From Deltaproteobacteria bacterium (GTDB lineage: Bacteria; Myxococcota; Kuafuiibacteriia; Kuafuiibacteriales; Kuafuiibacteriaceae): a stretch of 64,000 nucleotides of DNA. The first letter of the stretch is position 1. Each line of letters begins with the position of its first letter. This document shows, piece after piece, positions 18,931 through 29,076 of this stretch. Under the pieces are notes generated by a model. The model had not been told where the DNA came from and made no database searches. It was given only the letters and a program-made list of their open reading frames with translations. The stretch spans positions 96,001 through 160,000 of the forward strand of contig JAVJQW010000043.1 of the NCBI GenBank assembly GCA_040218735.1, read 5' to 3'. A program made the position numbers and the translations under genes.

Positions 18931-20535
18931 TTGTTCAATCATCCGTTCGCGCTCGAGCTGGCGTACATCGCCGTAGAAGAAGCGATCCGCCTCGGCGCTT
19001 CATACGCCGACGCCCGGTACGAGTACCGTCAACACGAGGACGTCACCACGCGTAATGGTGCGCTCCATCAGGCAGGTGCCTACACCGAGCGCGGGCTCGG
19101 TCTGCGGGTGCTGGTCCACGGAGCGTGGGGTTACGTCGGTGTCTCCGAGCCGAATCGCCACGACGTGGCGGTGAGCGCGCGTCGGGCCGTGGAGCTCGCG
19201 CGGGCGACGGCGATCGTCCAGGAGCACCCCGTCGCGCTGGTCGACAACGCGCCGCAGCGCTCCATCTACCGCACGCAGATCAAACGCGATCCGCTCGCCG
19301 TCCCGCTGGAGGACAAGGTCGAGCTGCTCTTCTCGATCGACGAGAAGCTCCGCAAGAACGACAAGATCGTGCTCGCAGAGGGCAGCTTCTCCGCCCACCG
19401 GCAGCGCAAGGTGTTCGTCAGCTCCGAGGGCGCCGAGCTCGACCAGGAGCTCGTGTACACCGGCGTCGGTTACCGCGCCGGCGCGTCGGACGGCGACGAC
19501 CTGCAGTTCCGCTCCTTCCCCGCGCCCGGGCGCGGGACCTTCATGGGCAAGGGCTGGGAGCTCGTCTCCGAGTCCGCGTTGCTCGACAACGCCGAGCGTG
19601 TCGCTGAGGAGGCCGTCGCGCTGTTGTCGGCCGAGGCGTGTCCGGCGGGCAACATGGCGCTGGTCCTCACCGCGGACACCGCCGCCCACCAGCTCCGTCA
19701 CACCTGTGCGCAGCTCCTCGAGCTCGACCGCGTGCTCGGCTACGCGCGCAGCGAGAGCGGCGGATCGATCATCACCACCGACCGCCTAGGCAGCGAGAAG
19801 TTCGCGAGTGACCTCGTCACGATCTACGCGGACGCACGCGAGCCGGGCGGCGCCGGCACCTTCGGCTACGACGACGAGGGCGTGGAAGCGCAGCGCGTCG
19901 ACCTCGTGACCGACGGCCGGTGCACCGGCTTCCTCTCCAGCCGCGAGTCCGCGTTCCGCGTAGGGCTCGAGCGCTCGCAAGGCAGCATGCGCGCGGCGAG
20001 CTGGGGGCACGCGCCGTCGGTGCGTGTCACGAACGTCTCGTTGGCGCCCGGCAAGGGCGGCGACCTGGACGCGATCATCTCCGACACCGAGGACGGCATC
20101 CTGATGGACACCGGCTCCTCGTTCTCGACGGACGGCGACGGTCGGACCTTCGTCACCACGACGGAGCAGGCCTGGCGCATCAAGAACGGCAAGCGCGCCG
20201 GGCTGCTGAAGAACCCGAGCTTCTCGGGCGACACCCTCGGCGTCTGGCAGAACGTGGACGTCGTCGGCGGGCAGGAGGCTTGGCAGTTCTCCGGCTCGCT
20301 CGACCAGACGAAGGGGCGGCCGCTGCAGATCGTCCCGGTGGGCCACGGCGCGCCGCCGATTCGAATCTCGGACGTGCAGATCGGCGTGGTCCCCGCGGGG
20401 ATCGCGGTGGTGCCGAACGGCGAGCGCATCGAGACCATCGGCGGCAAGTCCGGCGGCGGTCGGCGCTCGAGCAAGCGTCGCGGCGGTAAACGTCGCGGGA
20501 CGCGCAAGCGCACACGAAAGAAGGACACCAAGTGA
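18931..20535 (+). CDS. tldD: TldD-family protein, apparently lacking catalytic residues
   Basis: GLRVLVHGAWG, ELDRVLG, GTFGYDDEGV, RVTNVSLAPG; the HExxGH position reads RHTCAQ. Confidence 0.85.
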   Translation: MFNHPFALELAYIAVEEAIRLGASYADARYEYRQHEDVTTRNGALHQAGAYTERGLGLRVLVHGAWGYVGVSEPNRHDVAVSARRAVELARATAIVQEHPVALVDNAPQRSIYRTQIKRDPLAVPLEDKVELLFSIDEKLRKNDKIVLAEGSFSAHRQRKVFVSSEGAELDQELVYTGVGYRAGASDGDDLQFRSFPAPGRGTFMGKGWELVSESALLDNAERVAEEAVALLSAEACPAGNMALVLTADTAAHQLRHTCAQLLELDRVLGYARSESGGSIITTDRLGSEKFASDLVTIYADAREPGGAGTFGYDDEGVEAQRVDLVTDGRCTGFLSSRESAFRVGLERSQGSMRAASWGHAPSVRVTNVSLAPGKGGDLDAIISDTEDGILMDTGSSFSTDGDGRTFVTTTEQAWRIKNGKRAGLLKNPSFSGDTLGVWQNVDVVGGQEAWQFSGSLDQTKGRPLQIVPVGHGAPPIRISDVQIGVVPAGIAVVPNGERIETIGGKSGGGRRSSKRRGGKRRGTRKRTRKKDTK

Positions 20536-21872
20536 GGGCCAAGGAAGAAGCGTTCCGGATCCTCGAGGCGGCGCTCTCGATCGCGTCGACGGGTGTCGAC
20601 GAAGCCGAGGTCAGCCTGGGCGGGGGTGAGCTGGGGATGACGTCCTTCGGGCTCAACCAGCTCGGCCCGGCGATCGACCACGCGCACGAGGTGCTCGCGA
20701 TTCGGGCGAGCAAGGACGGGCGGATGTGCCGCGTCCAGACGAACGACCTCAGCACCTCCGGCATCAAGGAAGCGGCCCAAGAGGCGCGCACCAAGGTCGA
20801 CCACCTCCCAGCCGCCGCGAAGGGCGCGGGGCTCCCGGAGCCTCAGAGCTACGAGCTCACCGAGGCGTACGACCCGGAGACCGACGCCACGAAGACCCTC
20901 GACCGCACGATGCTCGCGTCGCGCGCGTTGATGGCGGCGCACAAGGGTGACCTGTACGCGTCCGGCCTCGTCGCGGTGCGCCGCGGCTCCGTCGGGCTCG
21001 ACGGCAGCCCGGGGACCTACGCGGTCGCGAACACTCGCGGCCTCCTTGCGTATCACCCCGCCACGCGCGTGACCTACTCGGTCGACATGTCGCGGTCGGG
21101 AGGGCTCAACGGTTTTGCCGAGGACGAGTCGTACTCGATCTCCGGCATCGACCCGCAGCAGCTCGTCTCCACCGCGGTGAAGAAGGCTTCGCTCGGCGCG
21201 GAGGCGCAGCGCATCGGCCCCGGCGTCTACACCGCGGTGCTGGAGCCGGCGGCGGTCGGCGCGTTGATGGTGTACCTCGGGCGCACCGCCGGCGCGGCGC
21301 GGATGCACGCGGGTGCTTCGTTCCTGTCCGGGCGCATCGGCGAGAAGATCGCGGACGCCTCGGTCACGATCATCGACGACTACGCGCACCCGCTGCTCCG
21401 CGGGACGCCGTTCGACGTCGAAGGTGTCGCGCGGATGCGCGTGCCGATCATCGAAGAAGGTGTCGCGAAGGGCCCCGTGTACTCGTGGGACAGCGCGATT
21501 CGCTTCGAATCGCAGGCGACCGGACACCGCGTGGTGGATCCGTACGACGGCGAGGTCGAGCACGCCCAGAACCTCGTGATGAGCGGCGGCGACGCCACGT
21601 TCTCGGACCTCCTCGGCGGCGTGGAGTCCGGCGTCCTGATCGGACGCATCACCAACGTCACGCTCCTCGACCCGCGCCGGCTGATCGTCACCGGCATGAC
21701 TTCGGGCGGTTTCTTCCTCGTCGACCACGGTGACCTCACGGTGCCGCTGTCGAACATGCGCGTGACCGTGAGCCTCCTGGATCTGCTCGCGGGGATCGAA
21801 GGCATGACCGGGTCCGCCTGGGCCGAAGGCAGCGTCGTCCCTGCGCTCCGCGCGCAGATCCCGCTGACGTGA
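20532..21872 (+). CDS. TldE/PmbA-family protein
   Basis: PGVYTAVLEPAAV, PFDVEGV, NLVMSGG, TGMTSGGFF; GTGA overlap with tldD. Confidence 0.85.
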   Translation: MRAKEEAFRILEAALSIASTGVDEAEVSLGGGELGMTSFGLNQLGPAIDHAHEVLAIRASKDGRMCRVQTNDLSTSGIKEAAQEARTKVDHLPAAAKGAGLPEPQSYELTEAYDPETDATKTLDRTMLASRALMAAHKGDLYASGLVAVRRGSVGLDGSPGTYAVANTRGLLAYHPATRVTYSVDMSRSGGLNGFAEDESYSISGIDPQQLVSTAVKKASLGAEAQRIGPGVYTAVLEPAAVGALMVYLGRTAGAARMHAGASFLSGRIGEKIADASVTIIDDYAHPLLRGTPFDVEGVARMRVPIIEEGVAKGPVYSWDSAIRFESQATGHRVVDPYDGEVEHAQNLVMSGGDATFSDLLGGVESGVLIGRITNVTLLDPRRLIVTGMTSGGFFLVDHGDLTVPLSNMRVTVSLLDLLAGIEGMTGSAWAEGSVVPALRAQIPLT

Positions 21873-22966
21873 CTGCCGTCGGCGCGGTGGTCTCGGCCAT
21901 CGTCGCGCTGCTCTGGCTCCTCCTCCTCATTACCGGTCTGCGCGGCGCGAAACGAACGCCCGTCGTCGGCCCCGTCGAGGGCGAGGTGTCGGGCGTCGCC
22001 GCGTTCATGCCCGCGCGCAACGAAGCGGAAGTGATCAAACAGGCCGTCGATGGGTTGCGGACGCAGGCGCCGCTGGTGGTGATCGACGACCAGTCCACCG
22101 ACGGCACGCGTGAGGTGCTCGCGGGGATCGCGGGGATTCAGATCGTGGAGGGCACCGGCCCCGGCGAAGGGGAGTGCGGCAAGCCCGCGGCGCTGCTGCG
22201 CGGGTACGAACACGTCGCGGACGACGCACGTTGGCTGCTGTTCGTCGACGCCGACGTCATCCTCGAACCGGGCGCGGTCGCGGGGTTGGTCGCGCACGCG
22301 CAGGAGGTCGGCGCCGACGCGGTGACGGTGCTGCCGCGGCTCACGCTCACGACGCCGATCGAGAAGATCGTCATGCCTTCGATCGGCGCGCTGATCGTCG
22401 CCCAGTACCCGCCCGCGGCGGTCGCGGATCCGTCGAGCCCTGTCGCGTTCCTCAACGGCCAGGTGATCCTCGTCCGGCGTGAGCTGTACGAGCACATCGG
22501 CGGGCATCGTGCGGTCATCGCCGACGTGCTCGAAGACGTCGCGCTCGGTCGGCACCTGAAGCAGGCCGGGGGGAAGCTGTCGGTGGTGGACGGTCGGAAG
22601 ATCGCGCGCACGCGGATGTACGACGGCTGGCGTGAGCTCCGCGAGGGCTGGACGAAGAACCTCTACCTCCTCATGGGATCGAGCGCCTCGCGCACGGTGG
22701 TCTGGGCGCTGCTGTCCGTGGTGCTCGGAGGCTCGGGTTGGCTCGCGTTCGGCGTGGCGGGGTGGCCGTTCGGCGTCGCCACCTTGCTCTGGGCGGTGAC
22801 GGTGCAAGTCACCTTGCGCCGCACCGGGAGTGTGTCGCCGTGGTGGGCGATCTTCGCGCCGCTTGGCGCGGCGGTGACGGCGTTCCTGCTCCTGGAGAGC
22901 CTGTGGCGCCACCGCGGGGGGCGCTCCGTGGCCTGGAAGGGCCGAACCTACGGTTCGACGCGGTAG
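21869..22966 (+). CDS. Family 2 glycosyltransferase (HpnB/CrtQ-like, membrane-bound)
   Basis: PARNEA, IDDQSTDGT, GKP.A, FVDAD, NGQ, EDVAL, RMY.GW....EGWTKN; C-terminal TMs. Confidence 0.9.
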   Translation: MTAVGAVVSAIVALLWLLLLITGLRGAKRTPVVGPVEGEVSGVAAFMPARNEAEVIKQAVDGLRTQAPLVVIDDQSTDGTREVLAGIAGIQIVEGTGPGEGECGKPAALLRGYEHVADDARWLLFVDADVILEPGAVAGLVAHAQEVGADAVTVLPRLTLTTPIEKIVMPSIGALIVAQYPPAAVADPSSPVAFLNGQVILVRRELYEHIGGHRAVIADVLEDVALGRHLKQAGGKLSVVDGRKIARTRMYDGWRELREGWTKNLYLLMGSSASRTVVWALLSVVLGGSGWLAFGVAGWPFGVATLLWAVTVQVTLRRTGSVSPWWAIFAPLGAAVTAFLLLESLWRHRGGRSVAWKGRTYGSTR

Positions 22967-23952
22967 CTCTTGGCGGTGTCCGGGTCGATGTCGACGCGAA
23001 CGCGGCGGTCGATCCCCAGCTTGGCGTTCACGGCGCGTAGCTCGACGCAGCCGGACGGGAGCTCCGCCGCGATCGAGGGGCCGCGGCCGAGGCGACGGGC
23101 GCCGAGGAAGAGCTCGTAGCGGTCGCTGGTCTCGAGCGTGACGCTGGTGATGATCGTCTCGTCGAAGAGGCAGGGCGGCGTGCGCGAGACCTGCACGAAG
23201 GCATCGTCCTCCGGCGCCTTCTTCGCGAGGGCTTCGGAGCGCGGCGCGACGTTCTCACACGCGGCGGAGCGGCGCCCGGGGGACAGCGCGACGTCGAGGT
23301 CGCAAGCCTGCTTGCAGAGGTGGTCTTCACCCTCAGCGCACATGCGTCGCCACTCGGCGAGCTGTTGACGGTGGAGGTCGCTGACGTCTTCGATCTCCCC
23401 GGGATCGAAGTCGACGATGATCGACTTGAGGCGGTTCGGTTCGATCTTCGCGCGGTAGTCGATGCACTTGTACGTGTTGCAGAACGTGATGCGGTGGGTG
23501 CCCGCCGGAATGTTCGACGCGATGAACGGGCCGTCGCCCTTCTCGATCTTGCGCCAACCGAGGCGCTTGGCGTCCACCGTCGCTTCGACGGGGAACGTCT
23601 GGACGATCAACGCGCCCACGCCCTTCGACGCCTTGGGTTTCACGACGCCGACGGGGATGGGCTGCCACGCTTGGAGGTGGTGCACGACGACGTTCCCGAG
23701 CACCACGTCGACCGACGCGCGCTGCGGCTCGTACCCCTCGCGGCGCGCCGTGACCCAGTAGCGGCCGGCCTCGAGGCCGCGAAACAGGACGCCGTCGCCC
23801 CCGTCCGAGACGTGGGTGCCGACGCCTTCCAGCTCCACCGAGATCCCCTGGCCGGCTTTGACTTGGAGGTAACCCAGCGGCGCCGCCTGAGCGGTTCCGG
23901 CGGCGAGGAGGACGACAGTCGCGAGGGGCACCCAACGCAAGACGCGGATCAA
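22948..23952 (-). CDS. Secreted PEGA-like repeat protein
   Basis: Signal peptide; repeated beta-sandwich motifs (LEAGRYWVTARREGYEP, IPAGTHRITF). Confidence 0.65.
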   Translation of the reverse strand: MIRVLRWVPLATVVLLAAGTAQAAPLGYLQVKAGQGISVELEGVGTHVSDGGDGVLFRGLEAGRYWVTARREGYEPQRASVDVVLGNVVVHHLQAWQPIPVGVVKPKASKGVGALIVQTFPVEATVDAKRLGWRKIEKGDGPFIASNIPAGTHRITFCNTYKCIDYRAKIEPNRLKSIIVDFDPGEIEDVSDLHRQQLAEWRRMCAEGEDHLCKQACDLDVALSPGRRSAACENVAPRSEALAKKAPEDDAFVQVSRTPPCLFDETIITSVTLETSDRYELFLGARRLGRGPSIAAELPSGCVELRAVNAKLGIDRRVRVDIDPDTAKSYRVEP

Positions 23953-24016
23953 TGTAGTCGGGCCCCCTCGGGGCAGGCAACCAAAGTGCCGACGGTCACC
24001 CCGGGCGCGGGTGTGG

Positions 24017-25774
24017 TCACCGCGAGGACTTCTTCTTCTCGAGCTCTTCGTGGAGGTCCGAGACGAGCCGTTGGCGGCTGTGCACCCGCGTGGCGAAGTC
24101 GTCCGCCTCCAGCGGCGTCCCGCCGGCCGGCGTGAGGGAGGTCTGGGTCTCCAGCTCGACCCAGGTCGGCTGGTCGTCCGAGCCGAACTCCTCGCGGAGG
24201 GCCTTCAGCTCGTCCTCGTTGACGGACGACATACGCGTCGTCTCCTCGTCGTCGTGCTCCGTGTTCTCGGACGGGAGGGCGAGCTCGGCGGCGAGCCGGC
24301 CGGTGAACAGCGGGTCCTTCGTCTTCGACGGCGCGGGCGGCGCCGCCCCGAGCTGCGACGCGATGCGCGTCTCGGCCGAAGCGTGCGCGGCGGCTTGGGC
24401 GGGATCCGAAGGGCCACGGTGCCACGGGTGCTGGTGGATCGGCATCGCCTCGTAGGACGGCGTCGACACCCCGGAGTTGGGGCGCTCGACGTCGATGACC
24501 GCGTCGCCGGGCATCTCAGAGACCTCCTCGAGGACGTCGTTGTCGTCGAGCATCACCGTCGCCGACTTCGAGCGCCACGGATCCTCGGTCTCGTCGAGGG
24601 GGGAGAGCGCCGCGTGGGAGTCGGTCGCGCCCATCGGTGCGGAAGGGAGCTCGCCGACGTCGGGCGTCGAGCGCCGCACCTCGCGGAGCCGGCGGTCCAG
24701 CGAGCTGGCTTCGTCTTCGCGGCCGGCCTGTCGGAGCACCCGCGCGCCGAGCTCGAGCGCGGCTTCGTGGTTGGGGTTCGCTTTGAGGCACGCGAACAAC
24801 GCGCGGTCGCGTGCGGCGGTGTCGCCGGTGTCGTCGTGCAGCCGCGCGAGCTGGAACCAGAGGCGGGTCGCCTCGCCGGTGATGCCGAACGCGAGGCACG
24901 CGTGCGCGGAGACTTCGAGCGCCTGCGGATCCGACGGAGCCTCTTTGAGGAGCTTCGTGATCTCGGTGACGGCTTGCCCGCGCTGCCCGAGCTTGGTTCG
25001 TGCCTTCACGAGCTCGATGCGCGCGGGGACGACCTTGTCGTGCGCGCCGATCTGTTCGAGCGCGCGGAGCAGTGACTCGAGGACCCGCACCTCGTCCGGG
25101 AACTTCTCGTAGAACGGAACGAGCAGCGCGAGCGCTTCGCGGCTGCGGCGGTGCGCCATCAGGATCTCCGCGAGGTCCACGCCGACCTCGGGATAGTCAC
25201 CGGCGATCTCCGCCGCGCGGAGCAGGAGCGGCGCGATGTCGACGCCGCGTTGGTCGAGGCGCGCGCTCACGCGTTTCCAGGTCTCGACCGCTTCCTTCAC
25301 GCGGCCCGACTCACCGAGCGCGGTCGCGTGCTGCGTCGCGAGGTCGAGGTCGTCGGGCTGGAGCGCGCACAGCTCGTCGAGCGCCCAGACGCGGCGGCGG
25401 TCGCCCGACGCGCGCGCGACGCCGATCAGCTGGCGCAGCACGGGCTCGAGCTCGCGTGTGTTGCCGAGCATCTTGAGGCACTCACCCATGCGGAACAGGA
25501 TGTCGGGTTCGTTCGGGCTGACCGTGTTGGCCGCCTTGAGCATGCGGTAGGCGCCGAGCACTTCGTTCTGCCGCGTGAAGATCGCGGCGGCTTTGTTGAA
25601 GTGGTGGAACGCGCGCTCCTGATTCCCGGAGAGGCGGTAGGCCTCCGCGACCCGGCCGCGGATCTCGGCGTCGTCGGGGCGGTCGGACAGGAGCATCCGC
25701 AGGCGTTCGATCGCCTGCGCGTACCGACCTTTGCGGAGCAGCTCCTCCGCGAGCTCAAGGTCGAGCTGCGACAC
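24017..25774 (-). CDS. Tetratricopeptide repeat protein with acidic disordered C-terminus
   Basis: Multiple TPR-like helical repeats (AEELLRKGRYAQAIERL...PDD). Confidence 0.8.
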   Translation of the reverse strand: MSQLDLELAEELLRKGRYAQAIERLRMLLSDRPDDAEIRGRVAEAYRLSGNQERAFHHFNKAAAIFTRQNEVLGAYRMLKAANTVSPNEPDILFRMGECLKMLGNTRELEPVLRQLIGVARASGDRRRVWALDELCALQPDDLDLATQHATALGESGRVKEAVETWKRVSARLDQRGVDIAPLLLRAAEIAGDYPEVGVDLAEILMAHRRSREALALLVPFYEKFPDEVRVLESLLRALEQIGAHDKVVPARIELVKARTKLGQRGQAVTEITKLLKEAPSDPQALEVSAHACLAFGITGEATRLWFQLARLHDDTGDTAARDRALFACLKANPNHEAALELGARVLRQAGREDEASSLDRRLREVRRSTPDVGELPSAPMGATDSHAALSPLDETEDPWRSKSATVMLDDNDVLEEVSEMPGDAVIDVERPNSGVSTPSYEAMPIHQHPWHRGPSDPAQAAAHASAETRIASQLGAAPPAPSKTKDPLFTGRLAAELALPSENTEHDDEETTRMSSVNEDELKALREEFGSDDQPTWVELETQTSLTPAGGTPLEADDFATRVHSRQRLVSDLHEELEKKKSSR

Positions 25775-25841
25775 CGCCGTCGAGCATAGGCCCTGTGGTG
25801 GTGTGAGTCGATTCCGAGGTCGCGCTCCGCGCGAAAACGCC

Positions 25842-27656
25842 TCATTCGCGGCGCACGATGACCTGTTCGCGCTCGTAGTCGGCGATCACCTTGAGCCGGG
25901 TCCCGCCTTCGATGCGGATACGCTTCTTGACCGTAGGGATCGTCCGACGCAGGGAGCCCGGCCGTTCGATCGGGGGGCAGCTCGTCCCCTCGATGACCAC
26001 GACGTGGTCGCCGGCGGCGATCTGGTGGTCGAAGGACGGTGTCGAGCGCGCGATGATGTTGCCGTCGAGCGAGACGCGGCTCGAGCACGAGCGGGTCCCG
26101 AAGGCGACGTGCGCAAACGCTTCGCGCTCCACGGTGCGCGGGGGGGCCTTCGTGGGCGGCGGCGCCCGGACCTTCGCGGGCGGCGGCGGCGGTGCCTCGG
26201 CGACGGTCGCGGTCTTGGTGGGCGGCGGGGCGACGACCGTCGGCGGCGGAGGGGGATCGCGCCGAGTGATCGGCTCGACCGGGGGCGGGTCGAAGATCCC
26301 GCTCCGGTAGGCGACGACGCCGGCCAGCACCAGCACGAGCAGCACGGCGGAGGCCAGGACCCACCGCGATCGGTCGGGCTGGGTGGGCAGGTGGTCCAGC
26401 GTCAGCGGATCCGGGGGCTCGTCGGGTGTGGCGGGCCGGCGTTCGTCGACCACCCGCGGCGGTATGGCGGGGCGCTCGACGACCGGGTGGCGCGCGAGCT
26501 GCGACGGTGATTCGGCGGACGTCGGCTTCGGCGCAAACGCGGAGGGGCGCTCCGACGGTGGCATCGGTTCCGTCGACGGCGGGAGCGGCCGCGCGCGGAC
26601 GACGTCGCTCGGCGCGCGCGCGATCGTCTCCTGCTGTCCGGACGTGGAGATGGCCTCGCGGATCGCGTCGTCCAGCTCGACCGTGGAGGGCAGGGCCTTC
26701 TGCGCCTCCGTCGCCTTCGTGGCCTTGCGATCCATCAGCGACGCGACGAGGCGCCCGACCGACACGGGCGTCACGTCCGGGTACCGCGCGTAGCGGATGT
26801 GGCCGATGCGGCGCGCGAGCTCGGCGGCGGTCTGCACGCGTTCGTCGGGGTTGCGGGTGAGCGCGGCGAGCACGACTTCGTCGATCTCGCGGGGTACGTC
26901 GAACGCGAGCGTCGATGGCGGCGCGATGTGGTGTCGTCGCATCCGCTCGCGCGTCTCTTGGTCGTCGGGGCGCCAGAAGAGCGGCTGGTGGGCGAGGAGC
27001 TCCCAGAGCAGGAGGCCGGCCTGGTAGACGTCGGTGCGTGCGTCGATCGCACGCCCGGTCGCCTGCTCCGGGGACATGTAGCCGGTGGTGCCCTTCACGA
27101 CGCCGGCGCGGGTCTTGGGCATCGCGGCGAGGCGGGAGGCGGTCTTGGCGATCCCGAAGTCGAGGATCTTCACGTCGCCCTCGCGTGAGACGAGGACGTT
27201 GCGCGGGTTGAGGTCGCGGTGGACGAGGCCGAGGGGGAGGCCGTCGGCGCCGACCTTGCGGTGGGCGTAGTCGAGGCCCTTGGCGACCTCCTCGGTGATG
27301 AACAGCGCGGCGCCGACGTCGATCTTCACGCCCGCGGCGGTCGCTTCCTGGACGAGCGTGAACCCGTCGAGCCCGTCGACCAGCTCCATCGCGATGAAGT
27401 AGGTGCCGTCGACGCGACCGAGCTCGTAGATGCCGACGATGTTGGCGTGGGTGAGGCTGACCGCGATCTTCGCTTCGGTGACGAAGCTCTGCACGAACTC
27501 GGGGTCGCGCGCGTACTGCGGAAGGATCTGCTTGATGACGAGATCCTTCTCGAACCCGTCCGCGCCATAGAGCTTGGCGGCGAAGACCTCAGCCATGCCG
27601 CCGACGGCGATGCGGCGGGTGAGGAAGTACTTACCGAACGTCGTGGGTTGGAACAC
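25842..27656 (-). CDS. Hanks-type Ser/Thr kinase with TM and C-terminal PEGA-like domain
   Basis: FGKY...IAVGGMAEVF, LVIKQI, HRDLNPRN, DFG, GTTGYMSPEQ; GTG start at 27656. Confidence 0.93.
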   Translation of the reverse strand: MFQPTTFGKYFLTRRIAVGGMAEVFAAKLYGADGFEKDLVIKQILPQYARDPEFVQSFVTEAKIAVSLTHANIVGIYELGRVDGTYFIAMELVDGLDGFTLVQEATAAGVKIDVGAALFITEEVAKGLDYAHRKVGADGLPLGLVHRDLNPRNVLVSREGDVKILDFGIAKTASRLAAMPKTRAGVVKGTTGYMSPEQATGRAIDARTDVYQAGLLLWELLAHQPLFWRPDDQETRERMRRHHIAPPSTLAFDVPREIDEVVLAALTRNPDERVQTAAELARRIGHIRYARYPDVTPVSVGRLVASLMDRKATKATEAQKALPSTVELDDAIREAISTSGQQETIARAPSDVVRARPLPPSTEPMPPSERPSAFAPKPTSAESPSQLARHPVVERPAIPPRVVDERRPATPDEPPDPLTLDHLPTQPDRSRWVLASAVLLVLVLAGVVAYRSGIFDPPPVEPITRRDPPPPPTVVAPPPTKTATVAEAPPPPPAKVRAPPPTKAPPRTVEREAFAHVAFGTRSCSSRVSLDGNIIARSTPSFDHQIAAGDHVVVIEGTSCPPIERPGSLRRTIPTVKKRIRIEGGTRLKVIADYEREQVIVRRE

Positions 27657-27825
27657 GGCCGAGCGCGCGGTGCGCGAGCGAGAGCATGCCACCCCCCGTG
27701 AGGCTTCGCGACGTCCTGGCTCCCAACCTCAAGGAAATCCGCCAAACAGACTGTGAGGTCTTTTTGGGGCTCCAGCGCTCGGAACGTTTGTCGAACGCCC
27801 GCCGGCCCGCTAAGAGCATCACGCT

Positions 27826-29061
27826 TTGTTCGTTCAGGAGATGCAGTGGCGCGGTCTCGTCAAACAGCTCAGTCACGACGGGCTCGACGAGGTGATGGCG
27901 AAGGAGAAGATGCGGGTCTACAGCGGCTTCGATCCGACCGCGTCTTCCATGCACGTCGGCAACCTCATGCCGACGATGGCGCTGCGGCGCGCCCAGCTCG
28001 CCGGGCACCACCCGATCGTGCTCGTCGGCGGCGCCACGGGGATGATCGGCGACCCCAGCGGCAAGTCGTCGGAGCGCAACCTCCTGGACATGGAGACGCT
28101 CGAACGGAACGTGGAGGGGCTCTCGAAGCAGTTCTCGCGCTTCATCGACTTCGACGACGCGACCCTCGTGAACAACTTCGACTGGTTTGAGGGGATCGGC
28201 TACCTCGAGTTCCTCCGCGAGGTCGGCAAACACTTCTCCGTCAACGCGATGATCGCACGCGACTCCGTGCGCACGCGCCTCGAGGAACGCGAGCACGGGA
28301 TCTCGTACACCGAGTTCTCGTACATGCTGATCCAGGCGTACGACTTCTGGCACCTCTACAAGGAGCACGGGTGCAAGCTGCAGCTCGGCGGGAGCGAGCA
28401 GTGGGGCAACATCGCCTCCGGCATCGACATCATTCGTCGACTCGGCGGGGGGGAAGCCTACGGCATGACGTTGCCACTCCTCCTCGACGCGTCCGGAAAG
28501 AAATTCGGAAAGAGCGAAGAGGGGGCCGTCTGGCTCGACCCCGATCGCACGTCGCCCTACGACTTCTACCAGTACTTCCTGCGCACCGATGACCGCGACG
28601 TCATCCGCGTGCTGCGCTACCTCACGACGCTGGAGCGCGAGAAGATCGACGAGCTCGAAGAGCGCCACGCCGCCGCGCCCGAAAAACGCGAGGCCGCGCG
28701 CGAGCTCGCGCAGTGGATGACCGCGCTCGTCCACGGTGAGGACGAGGCGAAGCGCGCCGAGGCGAGCGCCAAGGCGCTGTTCGATCCCAACGCAAAGGGT
28801 GACCTCCCGCCGGGGACCCCGACCTACGCCTGCGAGGCGAGCAAGCTCGAAGCGGGGTGGCCGCTAGTCGACGCCATCGTCGAGAGCGGCCTCCTCCCGT
28901 CCAAGGGCAAGGCGCGCAAGGCGATCGAGCAGGGCGGGATCTACGTCAACGGCGAGCGCCAGACCGATACGGCGCGTACGCTCACGACCGCCGACGCCGA
29001 AGGCGGCGACGTCCGCCTCCGCCACGGCAAGAAGAACCACATGGTCCTGCAGCCGTCCTGA
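27826..29061 (+). CDS. tyrS: Tyrosine--tRNA ligase
   Basis: YSGFDPTASSMHVGN (HIGH), QLGGSEQWGNI, KFGKS (KMSKS), C-terminal S4 domain. Confidence 0.97.
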   Translation: MFVQEMQWRGLVKQLSHDGLDEVMAKEKMRVYSGFDPTASSMHVGNLMPTMALRRAQLAGHHPIVLVGGATGMIGDPSGKSSERNLLDMETLERNVEGLSKQFSRFIDFDDATLVNNFDWFEGIGYLEFLREVGKHFSVNAMIARDSVRTRLEEREHGISYTEFSYMLIQAYDFWHLYKEHGCKLQLGGSEQWGNIASGIDIIRRLGGGEAYGMTLPLLLDASGKKFGKSEEGAVWLDPDRTSPYDFYQYFLRTDDRDVIRVLRYLTTLEREKIDELEERHAAAPEKREAARELAQWMTALVHGEDEAKRAEASAKALFDPNAKGDLPPGTPTYACEASKLEAGWPLVDAIVESGLLPSKGKARKAIEQGGIYVNGERQTDTARTLTTADAEGGDVRLRHGKKNHMVLQPS

Positions 29062-29076
29062 GCGAGATCGCCCGGC

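Noticed and set aside
16907-22966. LeuA-matrixin-TldD/E-GT2 run as a RiPP or secondary-metabolite cluster
   Set aside because: No precursor peptide, YcaO or other maturase is present, and TldD lacks its catalytic residues.
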